This document shows positions 1-8,931 of a DNA stretch of 64,000 nt, one piece after another; positions within the stretch are counted from its first letter, which is position 1; every line of letters starts with the position of its first letter. The stretch is from Candidatus Krumholzibacteriia bacterium (GTDB lineage: Bacteria; Krumholzibacteriota; Krumholzibacteriia; LZORAL124-64-63). Where the stretch lies: the NCBI GenBank assembly GCA_963848505.1, contig CAWKEB010000002.1, positions 845,840 through 909,839 on the forward strand. The letters are read 5' to 3'. A program made the position numbers and the translations under genes. The notes beneath the pieces are model-generated. The model made no database searches, was not told the origin of the DNA, and saw only the letters and a list, made by a program, of their open reading frames with translations.

Positions 1-169
1 AACCGGGGGAACCCACGGAGTCGTGACTATATAGCGACCAGACAAGGATTTCTGGAACAATGCGGCCACATGGAGGTCCCGGGCCCGAGGTCCGGTTTCC
101 ACCCGTGCGGATCGGTCTGCGCTGATCATTGAATCATGTTCAACCTGTCCTTACGGAAAGGCGAATATC

Positions 170-3100
170 ATGGGGGATGTGTCCTTGACCCTGCGCAAAT
201 GCGCGCTCATCGGCCTGGCCCTGCTGCTGCCCGTCGCGGTCCTGGCCCAGAATGAGATCTCCGCGGAGAACGCGCTTCAGGGCAACCCGGCCTCAGAGTG
301 GGACATCGCCGGAGCCGGCGACTTCAGCATCCAGGGTTACGCCACCGAGTTGAGCGTCAACCAGGGCGAGACCGTCTCCTTCAAGGTCAAGACCGACGCC
401 AGCGACTACCGCCTGGACATCTACCGCCTGGGCTACTACAACGGCGACGGCGCGCGCCTGGTGGCCACGGTCCAGCCCACGGCGACCCTGCCCCAGGAAC
501 AGCCCTTCTGCGGCTTCGCCTCCGAAGGCAAGCTGGTGGACTGCGGCAACTGGGACGTGTCCGCCGAATGGAGCGTGCCGGCGACCGCCGTCTCGGGCGT
601 CTACCTGGCCAAGCTCGTGCGCGAGGACGCCACCCCCGGCGCCAGCCACATCGCCTTCGTGGTGCGCGACGACGACGGCGCGAGCGAGCTGCTCTTCCAG
701 ACCTCCGACACCACCTGGCAGGCCTACAATCGTTGGGGCGAGGGCGGCGCGACCGCGGGCTACAGCCTGTACGAGGGCCCCGACGGCAAGGCCTCGAAGG
801 TCAGCTACAACCGTCCGTTCGGCACCCGCGCGTATCCCACCGAGGACTGGGTGTTCAACGCCGAGTACCCCATGATCCGCTGGCTCGAGCGCAACGGCTA
901 CGACGTCAGCTACTGCACCGGCATCGACACCGACCGCTACGGCGCCGAACTTCTCGAGCACGGCGTCTTCCTGTCCGTGGGCCACGACGAGTACTGGTCG
1001 CGGGCCATGCGCGAGAACGTCGCCGCCGCCCGCGACGACGGCACGAACCTGGCCTTCTTCAGCGGCAACGAGGTCTACTGGAAGGTGCGCTGGGAAGACA
1101 GCATCGACGCCACCCCCGATCCCTACCGCACCCTGGTCTGCTACAAGGAAGGCACTCTGGGCGAGAACCAGTGCGGCACCAAATGCGACCCCCTGACCGA
1201 CGTGTGGACCGGCCTCTGGCGCTCGGGCTGCGAGTGGCCCCTGGCCGACGGCTGCGAGCCGGAAAACTCCCTGACCGGCCAGATCTCCTGGGTGGGCACT
1301 ACGCGGGCCATGTCCGTGCCGGCCGCCTACGGCTACCTGCCCTTCTGGCGCAACACCAGCATCGCGACCCTGACCTCCGAGGAATCAGCGACCCTGCCCG
1401 ACGGTACCCTGGGCTACGAGTGGGACTTCGAGCAGTTCGCGGAGACCTACCCGGCGCGCCGCATCCGCATGTCCGAGACCGTGGCCGACGGCGAGACCCA
1501 TCATCTGTCCCTGTACGAGGCCCCGAGCGGGGCCCGCGTGTTCGGCGCGGGCACGGTGCAGTGGTCCTGGGGCCTGGATTCGGTCCACGACCGCGGCAAC
1601 GGCGCCCCGAGCACCGACATGCAGCAAGCCACAGTCAACCTGTTCGCCGACATGGGTGTGGAACCGGCCACGCTGCAGGAGGGCCTGCAGGTGACGGCGT
1701 TGACGGATGCCGACCTGCCGGTCTCGGCCATCACCTTCCCCGTCGGCGGCGAGACCTTCGAGCTCAGCGCCACGGTCACGGTGCAGGGCACCGCGAGCGA
1801 CAGCGGCGGCAGCGGCCTCGTCCTGGTGGAAGTCTCCACTGACGGCGGACTGACCTGGCGGCCGGCCAGCGGGCTGGGGAACTGGATCTTCAACTACACG
1901 CCGACGGCCACCGGCCCGGTGACCATCCAGAGCCGAGCCATGGACGCCGAGTTCAACCTGGAGGTTCCGGGAGCAGGCGTTGCGGCGATCATCGTTGCGC
2001 GGATCTGCCCGTGCACCTTGTGGAGTGACGCCACCCTGCCCGGCACGGTCACGGTCAACGACACCGGTTCGGTCGAACTGGGCATGAAGTTCCAGACCGA
2101 CACCGACGGCTACATCACCAGCATCCGCTTCTACAAGGGCCCCAGCAACACCGGGACCCACACCGGCCACCTTTGGGACGCGACCAGCCAGGCCCTGCTG
2201 GGCAGCGTGACCTTCGCCGGCGAGACATCGACCGGGTGGCAGGAGGCGCCGCTGATCCCGGCAGTCGCGGTGACCGCCGGCACCACCTACATCGTGTCCT
2301 ACTTCGCGCCCAACGGGTTCTACTCCGTCGACGGCGCCTTCTTCGCTGCCGGCGGCCTGGACAACCCGCCCCTGCGCGCCCTCGCCAACGGCGAGAACGG
2401 GGCCAACGGCGTCTACACCTACGGTGAGACGAGTAGCTTCCCGGCCTCCGACTACAACTCCTCCAACTACTGGGTGGATGTGCGCTTCGACACAAGCGCG
2501 GAGGACGAGTCCGCACCGACGGTGGTCCTGCGCACGCCCGCGCCGTCGTCCCTGGGCGTGGCCATCGGCACCAATGTCACGGCCACCTTCAGCGAGCTGG
2601 TCAACCCGGCGACGGTGGATCTGCAAGTGGTCGACAGCTTCTTCGCACCGGTCGCCGGCACCGTGACCTACGATGCGCCCACGCGCACCGTCACCTTCGA
2701 CCCGGCTGCGGACCTCGACTACAGCACCCAGTACACCGCGTCCCTGGCTCCGGCGACCGACCTGGCCGGCAACGCCATGGCCACCGGCGTGGCCTGGACC
2801 TTCACCACCCGCGATCTGCCGCCGCCGCCGCCGGACGAGGGCCCGGGCGGGCCGATCCTGGTGATCGGCGACGCCACCAATCCGTTCACCCGCTACCCGG
2901 CCGAGATCCTGCGCGCCGAGGGCCTGAACTCGTTCACCGCCACGGACATCTCCGCCGTCGACGCCACGCTGCTGTCGACCCACGACGTGGTCGTGCTGGG
3001 CGAGATGAGCCTCAGCGCCGCCCAGGTCACCATGCTCAGCGACTGGGTCGATGGGGGCGGCAACCTGATCGCCCTGCGCCCGGACAAGCAGCTGGCCGGC

Positions 3101-3808
3101 CTGCTGGGCCTGACCGACGCCGCGACCACGCTGAGCGAGGGCTACCTGCTGGTGGACACGGCCTCGGGGCCGGGCGCCGGCATCGTGGGCCAGACCATGC
3201 AGTTCCACGGCACGGCCGACGCCTACACCCTGGCCGGGGCGACCGCGCTGGCCACCCTGTACGGCGACGCGACCACGGCCACCACGCACCCGGCCGTGAC
3301 CCTGGTAGCGGTCGGCAGCAACGGCGGCCAGGCCGCGGCCTTCACCTACGACCTGGCCCGGTCCGTGGTCTACACGCGCCAGGGCAACCCGCTGTGGGAA
3401 GGCCAGGACCGCGACGGCCGGCCGCCCCTGCGGGCCAACGACATGTTCTACGGCGCCGCCGCCGGCGATCCCCAGCCCGACTGGGTGAACCTGGACAAGG
3501 TGGCCATCCCCCAGGCCGACGAGCAGCAGCGGCTGCTGGCCAACCTGATCCTGGAGATGAACGCCGACCGGCTGCCGCTGCCGCGCTTCTGGTACTTCCC
3601 CCGGGGGCTGAAGGCCGTCGTGGTGATGACCGGCGACGAGCACGGCACCGGCGCCAACTCGGTGGCGCGCTTCCCCATCTATCAGGCGGCCGATCCGGTG
3701 GACTGCTCCCTGGCCGACTGGGAGTGCGTGCGCGCCAGCACCTACCTGTACCCGGGCACCGGCATGAGCGACGCCCAGGCGGCTGGCCTTCACCAACGCC
3801 GGCTTTGA
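170..3808 (+). CDS. Giant secreted surface protein, N-terminal segment. Signal peptide, a large N-terminal domain, a DUF4082-like domain, a bacterial Ig-like (Big_5/SbsA-like) domain and the start of an esterase/deacetylase-like region. The reading frame continues downstream after frameshifts.
   Basis: Seen in sequence: 1212-aa ORF starting MGDVSLTLRKCALIGLALLLPVAVLAQ (signal peptide). DUF4082-like block GSVELGMKFQTD...YWVDVRF. Ig-like block APTVVLRTPAPSS...VAWTFTT. The frame-2 stop at 3808 is followed immediately by in-frame-looking protein sequence in frames 0 and 1 and then frame 2 again. Confidence 0.7.
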   Translation: MGDVSLTLRKCALIGLALLLPVAVLAQNEISAENALQGNPASEWDIAGAGDFSIQGYATELSVNQGETVSFKVKTDASDYRLDIYRLGYYNGDGARLVATVQPTATLPQEQPFCGFASEGKLVDCGNWDVSAEWSVPATAVSGVYLAKLVREDATPGASHIAFVVRDDDGASELLFQTSDTTWQAYNRWGEGGATAGYSLYEGPDGKASKVSYNRPFGTRAYPTEDWVFNAEYPMIRWLERNGYDVSYCTGIDTDRYGAELLEHGVFLSVGHDEYWSRAMRENVAAARDDGTNLAFFSGNEVYWKVRWEDSIDATPDPYRTLVCYKEGTLGENQCGTKCDPLTDVWTGLWRSGCEWPLADGCEPENSLTGQISWVGTTRAMSVPAAYGYLPFWRNTSIATLTSEESATLPDGTLGYEWDFEQFAETYPARRIRMSETVADGETHHLSLYEAPSGARVFGAGTVQWSWGLDSVHDRGNGAPSTDMQQATVNLFADMGVEPATLQEGLQVTALTDADLPVSAITFPVGGETFELSATVTVQGTASDSGGSGLVLVEVSTDGGLTWRPASGLGNWIFNYTPTATGPVTIQSRAMDAEFNLEVPGAGVAAIIVARICPCTLWSDATLPGTVTVNDTGSVELGMKFQTDTDGYITSIRFYKGPSNTGTHTGHLWDATSQALLGSVTFAGETSTGWQEAPLIPAVAVTAGTTYIVSYFAPNGFYSVDGAFFAAGGLDNPPLRALANGENGANGVYTYGETSSFPASDYNSSNYWVDVRFDTSAEDESAPTVVLRTPAPSSLGVAIGTNVTATFSELVNPATVDLQVVDSFFAPVAGTVTYDAPTRTVTFDPAADLDYSTQYTASLAPATDLAGNAMATGVAWTFTTRDLPPPPPDEGPGGPILVIGDATNPFTRYPAEILRAEGLNSFTATDISAVDATLLSTHDVVVLGEMSLSAAQVTMLSDWVDGGGNLIALRPDKQLAGLLGLTDAATTLSEGYLLVDTASGPGAGIVGQTMQFHGTADAYTLAGATALATLYGDATTATTHPAVTLVAVGSNGGQAAAFTYDLARSVVYTRQGNPLWEGQDRDGRPPLRANDMFYGAAAGDPQPDWVNLDKVAIPQADEQQRLLANLILEMNADRLPLPRFWYFPRGLKAVVVMTGDEHGTGANSVARFPIYQAADPVDCSLADWECVRASTYLYPGTGMSDAQAAGLHQRRL

Positions 3809-4320
3809 GGTGGCCCTGCACGTCAACACCAACTGCGCCGACTGGACCCCGGCCCAACTGGAGGACTTCTACACGACTCCAACTGGCCAGCCTGGCCGGG
3901 TTCATGCCCAGCATCCCGGCGCCGTCGTCCGAGCGCACCCACTGCATCAGCTGGGCCGACTGGGCCAGCCAGGCCACGGTCAAGCTGCAGCACGGCATCC
4001 GGCTGGACACCAACTACTACTTCTGGCCGCCGGAGTGGGTGCTGGATCGGCCGGGCCTGTACACCGGCTCGGGCATGCCCATGCGCTTCGCCGACCTGGA
4101 CGGCGCGATGATCGACGTCTACCAGGTCACGACCCAGATGACCGACGAATCGGGCCAGAGCTTCCCCTACACCATCGACACCCTGCTGGACCGCGCGCTG
4201 GGCAGCGAGGGCTACTACGGCGCCTTCTGCGCCAACATGCACGTCGACGCGCCGACCAGCGCCGGCGCGCACGGCGATCATCGCCTCGGCCCAGGCCCGC
4301 GGCGTGCCCATCATCTCGGG
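3785..4320 (+). other. Frameshifted junction of the giant surface-protein gene, with three apparent indels near 3790, 3885 and 4268. It joins ORF 170-3808 to ORF 4304-8815 (GTG at 4304 is reported as the start but lies inside a continuing frame).
   Basis: Seen in sequence: a continuous protein-like translation hops frames 2->0 (AFTNAGFEVALHVNTNCADWTPAQLEDFYT), 0->1 (LASLAGFMPSIPAPSSERTHCISWADW...GAFCANMHVDAPTSAGA) and 1->2 (AIIASAQARGVPIISGRQLLTWLD). There are no stop-rich stretches and no motif decay. Confidence 0.5.
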
Positions 4321-7300
4321 CCGGCAGCTGCTGACCTGGCTCGATGCGCGCAACGCCTCGTCTTTCGACGATCTGGCCTGGACCGGAAATACCCTGACCT
4401 TCGGCGTCACCACCACCGCCAACGCCCGCAACCTCGAGGGCATGCTGCCCCTGCAGTCGGGCGCAGCCAGCCTGGTGTCCCTGTCTCGTGACGGCGGCGG
4501 CGTCTCGTTCCGCACCGAGACCATCAAGGGCGTGGCCTACGCTATCTTCACGGCCGAGGCCGGCTCCTACCAGGCCGACTACGACATCGACGACGTGGCC
4601 CCGGTGATCGCAGGCCTGACCGCGACGCCCCACGGCGACGGCACCGCGACCGTGAGCTGGACCACCACCGAGCCCTCCAGTTCGCGGGTCGACTTCGGCG
4701 TCGATGCGCTGATCCTGGGTTCGCAGGTCGCCGCGGCGGCCCTGGTCACCAGCCATGCGGTGACGCTGACCGGGCTGACGGCCGAGACCATCTATTACTT
4801 CCGCGCGACTTCGGTCGATGCGGCGGCCAACAGCGCCACCGAGCCGGTCGCCGGCAATCCTGCGGCGCAGTTCACGACCCCGGTCGCGCCCGAGGCCCCG
4901 TGCCTGCTGGTGACCACGGCGGCGGACTTCGCCGGCGGCAGCAGCGACGGCGGCATCATGGTGGCCGAGACCGAGGGCGGCGAGCTGATCCTGGCGCCGA
5001 CCGAAGGCTCGAACTTCAACGGCACGGCGTTGCCCGCGGGCTGGGGCAGCGGCATCTGGAACGTTGGCGGTTCGGCCACGGTGGCCGGCGGCCAATTGCT
5101 GTTGGACGCGGCCTACGCGTCGACCATCAACGCCTATTCGCCGGGCCGGGTGGTCGAGTTCGTGGCCACCTTCACGGCGGCCCCGGGACAGCACGCCGGC
5201 ATCGGTGTCGACCTCAACAACGACGGCAACTGGGCCATCTTCAGCACAGCTAGCGATGGTGCGAACCTCTACGCCCGCACCAACAACACGGAAAACCACC
5301 TGCTGGGGCCGGCGCTGCTGGGTTCCCCGCACCTGTACCGCATCGAGTGGACGCCCGCGGGCGTGAACTACTTCGTCGACGGCAGCCAGGTGCACACCAG
5401 CAGTCTCAGCGCTACCGTGCCCATGCGGCCCATCGCCAGCGACCTTTTCGCGGGCGGTCTGAACCTTTCGGTCGACTGGCTGCGCATGACGCCGTACGCG
5501 GCGAGCGGCAGTTACGAATCGGCCGTCCACGGCTCGGGCGCCCCGACCGACTGGCAACAGTTGGCCTGGACCGGCGTCACGCCGGCCGGCACCTCCATCG
5601 ACGTCTCGGTGCGCACCGGCGGCGTGGCCATTCCCGACGGCACCTGGTCCGCCTACCTGCCGGTCACGTCGGGTGCGCCGCTGAGCCTGAACTCGGCTTT
5701 CATCCAGTACCGGGTGGAACTGGCCTCGGACGACCCGCTGCTGACACCGGTGGTCAAGGACGTGGGCATCTGGTGCGAGGAAGGCATCGACACCTCGCCG
5801 CCGGTGATCTCCGCCCTGACGGCGGTGCCCGGGGCCGAGGGCACGAGCGCCCTGATCACCTGGACCACCAGCGAACCGGCGGACTCGCGGGTCGACTACG
5901 GCGACGACGCCGGCCTGCTCGACCTGAACGTCAGCGACGGCACGCTCGTGGTCTCGCACAGCGTGGTGCTGGGCGGGCTCCTGCCCGGTCGCACCTACTA
6001 CTTCCGGGCGACTTCGGCCGATGCCGCGGCCAATAGCGCCACCGAGCCGTTGGGCGCCCCGGCCGAGTTCCACACCCCCGAGCAGCCGTGCGCGGTGGTG
6101 ACCTCGGTGGCCGACCTCGACGGCGGTACCCTCGGGGGCACTTACGTGTCCCAGGGCGGCGACGGATCGCTGATGCTGGCCCCTGCGGCGGGGTCGGAGT
6201 TCTTCGGGACGACGGTTCCGGCGGACTGGACGCAGTTCCCCTGGTCCGGCGGCGCGGTGGCGACCGTGGGTGGCGGTCAGCTGGGCGCCGACGGTGTCTT
6301 TGCCGGCACCAGCGCCACCTTCGCCCAGGGCCAGGTCCTGGAGTTCGTCGCCACGTTCACCGCCGACGCGTTCCAGCACATCGGGTTCGCCGTCGACTTC
6401 AGCGACGGCACCGACTGGGCCATGTTCAGCACGGGCAACCAAAATACGAACCTGCTGGCGCGCACCAACGCGGGCGGCACCATGCAGGAATTCAGCCTCG
6501 GCGCCGGCCTGCTGGGCACACCCCACCTGTTCCGCATCGCTTGGCTGAGCACGGGCGTCGAGTTCTCTATCGACGGCGCGGGGCCGCTGCACACCTCGAC
6601 CCTCTCGCCGGCCCAGGCCATGCGCCCCATGACCAGCGACTACGCCGCCAACGGCCTGGCGGCCAGCATCGACTGGATGCACCTGCAGCCCTACGCAGCG
6701 TCCGGCACCTGGCAGTCACCGGTCTTCGACGCGGGCACCGATGGTGCGTATTGGCAGAACATGGTCTGGACGGCGACCGAGCCGGCCGGCACTTCGGTCG
6801 GTGTGAGCGTCCGCGGGGGCGACACGCCCACGCCCGACGTCACCTGGACGTCGTGGTCACCGGTCGCCTTGTCGGGCACGGATCTGGCCCTGACGGCCCG
6901 CTATCTGCAGGTCGAGGCCGAGTTGGGCACGAGCGACCCCGCGGTCAGCCCGCTGCTGGCGGACTTCTCGGTGGCCTGCGGCTGCTGCGCCGACGCCCCC
7001 AACACCATCGCGTTCGACGCGGCGGCGGTCGGGGCCCTGACCTCGGTCGTGCCCTGTGCGACGGCGGTGCCGGTCAAGATCACCCGCAGCGACGCCACGC
7101 CGGTGCGCGGGTTCTCGGTCACCTTCGGGCTCAGCCCCGAGCTGGAGTTGTGCGGTGACGCAGGCAGCAGCATCCTCGAGAGCACGTTGCTGGCCGGTTT
7201 CGGCACGGGCACGCAGTTCGTGGTCACCGATCACCAAGACGGGACCTACACCGTCGACAACGTGATCCTGAACGCACCCTGCGGCTCGACCGCGGCGCTG

Positions 7301-8815
7301 GACACCCTGTTCACGGTCGATCTGGCCGGGGCCGTGGCCGAGGGCATCGGCACCGTGACCATCCTGGCAGTGGAGTTGCGCGACTGCGCCAGTCAGCCCT
7401 TGCCGGTGGGTGCGGGCCCGAACGCGGCGCTCACCATCGACATGGTGGCGCCGCTGCCGGTGACCGAATTCGCCGCGGCGCAGGCCCTGGCCGGCAGCGG
7501 ACCGGGCCGGACCCTGGTGATGAACATCGGCTGGACGGCTTCGGCCTCGCCCGACGCCGCGGCCGTGGCGGTCTACCGCAACGACTTCGGGTCCTATCCG
7601 GAGTACGACGACGGCGGCGGCACGGTGCCGACCCTGGCGCCCGACGCGACGCCCGCCGAGGCCGTGCTGGCCGGCTGGACCCTGGTCGATCTGACGGTCG
7701 AGTCCCTGACCGCCGACCTGCAGACCAGCCGCGACGTGTGGTCGTACACCGCGTTCTGCCTCGACCAGCACGGCAATCCCTCGCCGCCGGCCGCGGTGAC
7801 GGTGGGCCTGCCCAACTACATCCTGGGTGACGTGTCCGACGGCGTCGTGGTCGAGGGCGAGACCCTGCCCGGCGATGGCGACAACCAGGTCGGCACCCTC
7901 GACATCTCGCTGCTGGGCAGCTACTACGGCATGTCCATCGGCCCGGATCACGTGGCCAATCGGCTGGACATCGGCCCGTTGGTGGGGCACCCGCTGCTGG
8001 GCCGCCCGGCCACCGACAACGAGATCGAGTTCGAGGACCTGATCCTGTTCGGCATCAACTACGGCCAGAGCGGCCTGCTGCTGAAGCAGGAAGCGCTGGC
8101 CTTCACGACCCCGCCGCCGTCCGACCGCAACAGCCTCGCGGTGCTGGTCGGCACGCTGCCCGCCCCGGGCAACGTGTTCCCGGTGCGCCTGGAGATGAGC
8201 GGCGACGGCGGGATCCAGGCCCTGAGCGTGCCCCTGACCTGGGACCCGGCGGTGGTCGAACCGGTGGCCGTGCAGGGCGGAGACCTGCTGGAGGCCCAGG
8301 GCGGCACCGGCCTGGCGCTGTCGCCGGTGCCCGGGACCGTGGACATCGGCCTGATGGGCGTGCGCGAGCGCGGCATCGCGGGCCAGGGCGTCGTCGCCAC
8401 CGTGACGTTCCGGGTCCTTACCGACGGTGATCCGGCGATCGGCGTGGGCGAGGTCCGTGCCCGCTCGCCTCGCAATGCGATCGTCGAACTGGGCAGCGAA
8501 GTGCGGACCGACGGCCCGACGCCCGGCGCCGTGCCCATGGTCACGTCGCTGCATCCGGCGGCGCCGAACCCGTTCAACCCGTCGACCACGATCGCCTACG
8601 ATCTGGCCGACGCCGGCCGGGTGACCGTCAAGATCTACAGCATCGACGGCCGCCTGGTGCGGACGCTGGTGGACGAGCAGGCCGCAGCCGGTCGCTACAG
8701 CCGCGTGTGGCAGGGCCGCGACGAATCGGGCCGCGGCGTGGCCTCGGGTGCGTACGTGGTGCGCATGGTGGCACCGGGCCGGACGGAGACGCGGCGGGTG
8801 ATGCTGCTGAAGTAG
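4304..8815 (+). CDS. Giant surface protein, C-terminal segment: two tandem (Fn3-like + LamG/concanavalin-like) units, a Cys-rich linker, a dockerin-like module, a cohesin-like module and a T9SS (Por) C-terminal sorting domain.
   Basis: Seen in sequence: duplicated blocks (VSWTTTEPSSSRVDFG...YYFRATSVDAAANSATEP vs ITWTTSEPADSRVDYG...YYFRATSADAAANSATEP; LEFVATFTA...HLYRIEW vs LEFVATFTA...HLFRIAW). Dockerin-like LGDVSDGVVV...DNQVGTLDISLLGSYYG...TDNEIEFEDLILFGINYG. Cohesin-like LAVLVGTLPAPGNVFPVRLEMSGDGGIQALSVPLTWDPAVVEPVAV...VVATVTFRVL. CTD PNPFNPSTTIAYDL...GRVTVKIYSIDGRLVRTLV...SGAYVVRM...RRVMLLK matches the TIGR04183-type Por sorting domain. Confidence 0.75.
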   Translation: MPIISGRQLLTWLDARNASSFDDLAWTGNTLTFGVTTTANARNLEGMLPLQSGAASLVSLSRDGGGVSFRTETIKGVAYAIFTAEAGSYQADYDIDDVAPVIAGLTATPHGDGTATVSWTTTEPSSSRVDFGVDALILGSQVAAAALVTSHAVTLTGLTAETIYYFRATSVDAAANSATEPVAGNPAAQFTTPVAPEAPCLLVTTAADFAGGSSDGGIMVAETEGGELILAPTEGSNFNGTALPAGWGSGIWNVGGSATVAGGQLLLDAAYASTINAYSPGRVVEFVATFTAAPGQHAGIGVDLNNDGNWAIFSTASDGANLYARTNNTENHLLGPALLGSPHLYRIEWTPAGVNYFVDGSQVHTSSLSATVPMRPIASDLFAGGLNLSVDWLRMTPYAASGSYESAVHGSGAPTDWQQLAWTGVTPAGTSIDVSVRTGGVAIPDGTWSAYLPVTSGAPLSLNSAFIQYRVELASDDPLLTPVVKDVGIWCEEGIDTSPPVISALTAVPGAEGTSALITWTTSEPADSRVDYGDDAGLLDLNVSDGTLVVSHSVVLGGLLPGRTYYFRATSADAAANSATEPLGAPAEFHTPEQPCAVVTSVADLDGGTLGGTYVSQGGDGSLMLAPAAGSEFFGTTVPADWTQFPWSGGAVATVGGGQLGADGVFAGTSATFAQGQVLEFVATFTADAFQHIGFAVDFSDGTDWAMFSTGNQNTNLLARTNAGGTMQEFSLGAGLLGTPHLFRIAWLSTGVEFSIDGAGPLHTSTLSPAQAMRPMTSDYAANGLAASIDWMHLQPYAASGTWQSPVFDAGTDGAYWQNMVWTATEPAGTSVGVSVRGGDTPTPDVTWTSWSPVALSGTDLALTARYLQVEAELGTSDPAVSPLLADFSVACGCCADAPNTIAFDAAAVGALTSVVPCATAVPVKITRSDATPVRGFSVTFGLSPELELCGDAGSSILESTLLAGFGTGTQFVVTDHQDGTYTVDNVILNAPCGSTAALDTLFTVDLAGAVAEGIGTVTILAVELRDCASQPLPVGAGPNAALTIDMVAPLPVTEFAAAQALAGSGPGRTLVMNIGWTASASPDAAAVAVYRNDFGSYPEYDDGGGTVPTLAPDATPAEAVLAGWTLVDLTVESLTADLQTSRDVWSYTAFCLDQHGNPSPPAAVTVGLPNYILGDVSDGVVVEGETLPGDGDNQVGTLDISLLGSYYGMSIGPDHVANRLDIGPLVGHPLLGRPATDNEIEFEDLILFGINYGQSGLLLKQEALAFTTPPPSDRNSLAVLVGTLPAPGNVFPVRLEMSGDGGIQALSVPLTWDPAVVEPVAVQGGDLLEAQGGTGLALSPVPGTVDIGLMGVRERGIAGQGVVATVTFRVLTDGDPAIGVGEVRARSPRNAIVELGSEVRTDGPTPGAVPMVTSLHPAAPNPFNPSTTIAYDLADAGRVTVKIYSIDGRLVRTLVDEQAAAGRYSRVWQGRDESGRGVASGAYVVRMVAPGRTETRRVMLLK
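4592..6990 (+). repeat. Internal tandem duplication of ~1.2 kb x2 inside the giant protein gene. Each unit encodes an Fn3-like plus a LamG-like domain, and the copies are diverged.
   Basis: Seen in sequence: paired protein blocks with conserved anchors (SRVD(F/Y)G, YYFRATS(V/A)DAAANSATEP, EFVATFTA, FSTxxxxxNLxARTN, PHL(Y/F)RI(E/A)W) at matching spacing. Confidence 0.5.
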
Positions 8816-8837
8816 CGGCAGATACAAGGAGTCGAGG

Positions 8838-8854
8838 GGAGAGCCCAGGCCCCC
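8838..8854 (+). terminator. G/C-only palindromic hairpin (ggccccccc/gggggggcc) just after the giant gene stop. Possible terminator or attenuator, but no U-tract follows.
   Basis: Seen in sequence. Confidence 0.25.
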
Positions 8855-8931
8855 CCGGGGGGCCCTGGCCTCGACCAAGATTCAATAGTGCAGGACGTAT
8901 CGGGATTCACATCAACGGGGGGGTAGGTTCC

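Noticed and set aside
1385-3832. Long minus-strand ORF (815 aa) antisense to the giant surface-protein gene. Similar long antisense or alternate-frame ORFs occur at 4127-6682, 6857-8878, 10135-12213, 13370-16429, 24915-28307, 30647-33178 and 37328-39613.
   Set aside because: These are typical high-GC artefacts. The translations are low-complexity and R/G/A/P-rich with no recognisable motifs, and they overlap well-supported genes on the other strand.
8838-8854. G/C homopolymeric palindromes (here and at 17755-17765) considered as CRISPR-like or REP-like repeats.
   Set aside because: They are single occurrences with no spacer-repeat periodicity anywhere in the window.
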